Of a stretch of DNA of 57,549 nt, positions 57,444-57,549 are shown piece after piece. Position numbers and translations under genes: made by a program. This stretch comes from Clostridia bacterium. GTDB lineage: Bacteria > Bacillota > Clostridia > UBA1212. Under the pieces are notes generated by a model that saw only the letters and a list, made by a program, of their open reading frames with translations, made no database searches and was not told where the DNA came from. Location: the NCBI GenBank assembly GCA_017848335.1, contig JAGDAX010000163.1, forward strand, positions 1-57,549, given 5' to 3'. How positions within the stretch are numbered: the first letter of the stretch is position 1; each line of letters starts with the position of its first letter.

Positions 57444-57549
57444 ATGAAAATCAGACTTGCCGACTATGTCGCTGACTTCCTCGTAAACCACGGAGTCACG
57501 GACGTCTTCAGTGTTGTCGGAGGAGGCGCAATGCACCTCAATGACGCCA
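57444..57549 (+). CDS. 5' end of a thiamine-pyrophosphate-binding (acetolactate synthase-like) protein
   Basis: Not in the ORF track. AAGGAG RBS, then MKIRLADYVADFLVNHGVTDVFSVVGGGAMHLNDA, which runs off the window. Confidence 0.85.
   Translation, partial: MKIRLADYVADFLVNHGVTDVFSVVGGGAMHLNDA

Overview
GC-rich chromosomal segment, most consistent with an anaerobic Clostridia-class (Bacillota) bacterium (inference from gene content, sigma-A promoters, sortase-type motifs and an [FeFe]-hydrogenase). Housekeeping and metabolic genes (acyl-CoA ligase, group B-type [FeFe]-hydrogenase, D-lyxose isomerase family, CDF transporter, PLP aminotransferase, metG, LicD and two GT87-like glycosyltransferases) alternate with AT-rich accessory patches at about 1-700, 11335-16890 and 41220-50400. 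The most unusual feature is a five-gene minus-strand cluster at 24635-34025. It encodes two membrane-anchored McrB-like AAA+ NTPases (NxD motif), a DUF2357/McrC-N-like coiled-coil protein with no visible nuclease domain, a small membrane-anchored protein and a 1382-aa membrane-anchored transglutaminase-like protein with MBG-like repeats. This looks like an McrBC chassis repurposed for a cell-envelope function. Other candidates: an unannotated sRNA with its own promoter, terminator and anti-Shine-Dalgarno loops (3066-3261); a 262-bp structured tandem element; direct repeats that mark two ATPase-carrying cassettes; a lipoprotein broken at two poly-A tracts; an ABC-ATPase/dual ABC exporter island beside a WYL regulator; and low-complexity insertions in many enzymes. 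No rRNA, complete tRNA or CRISPR array was found. All family calls come from motif recognition by eye, not from database searches.
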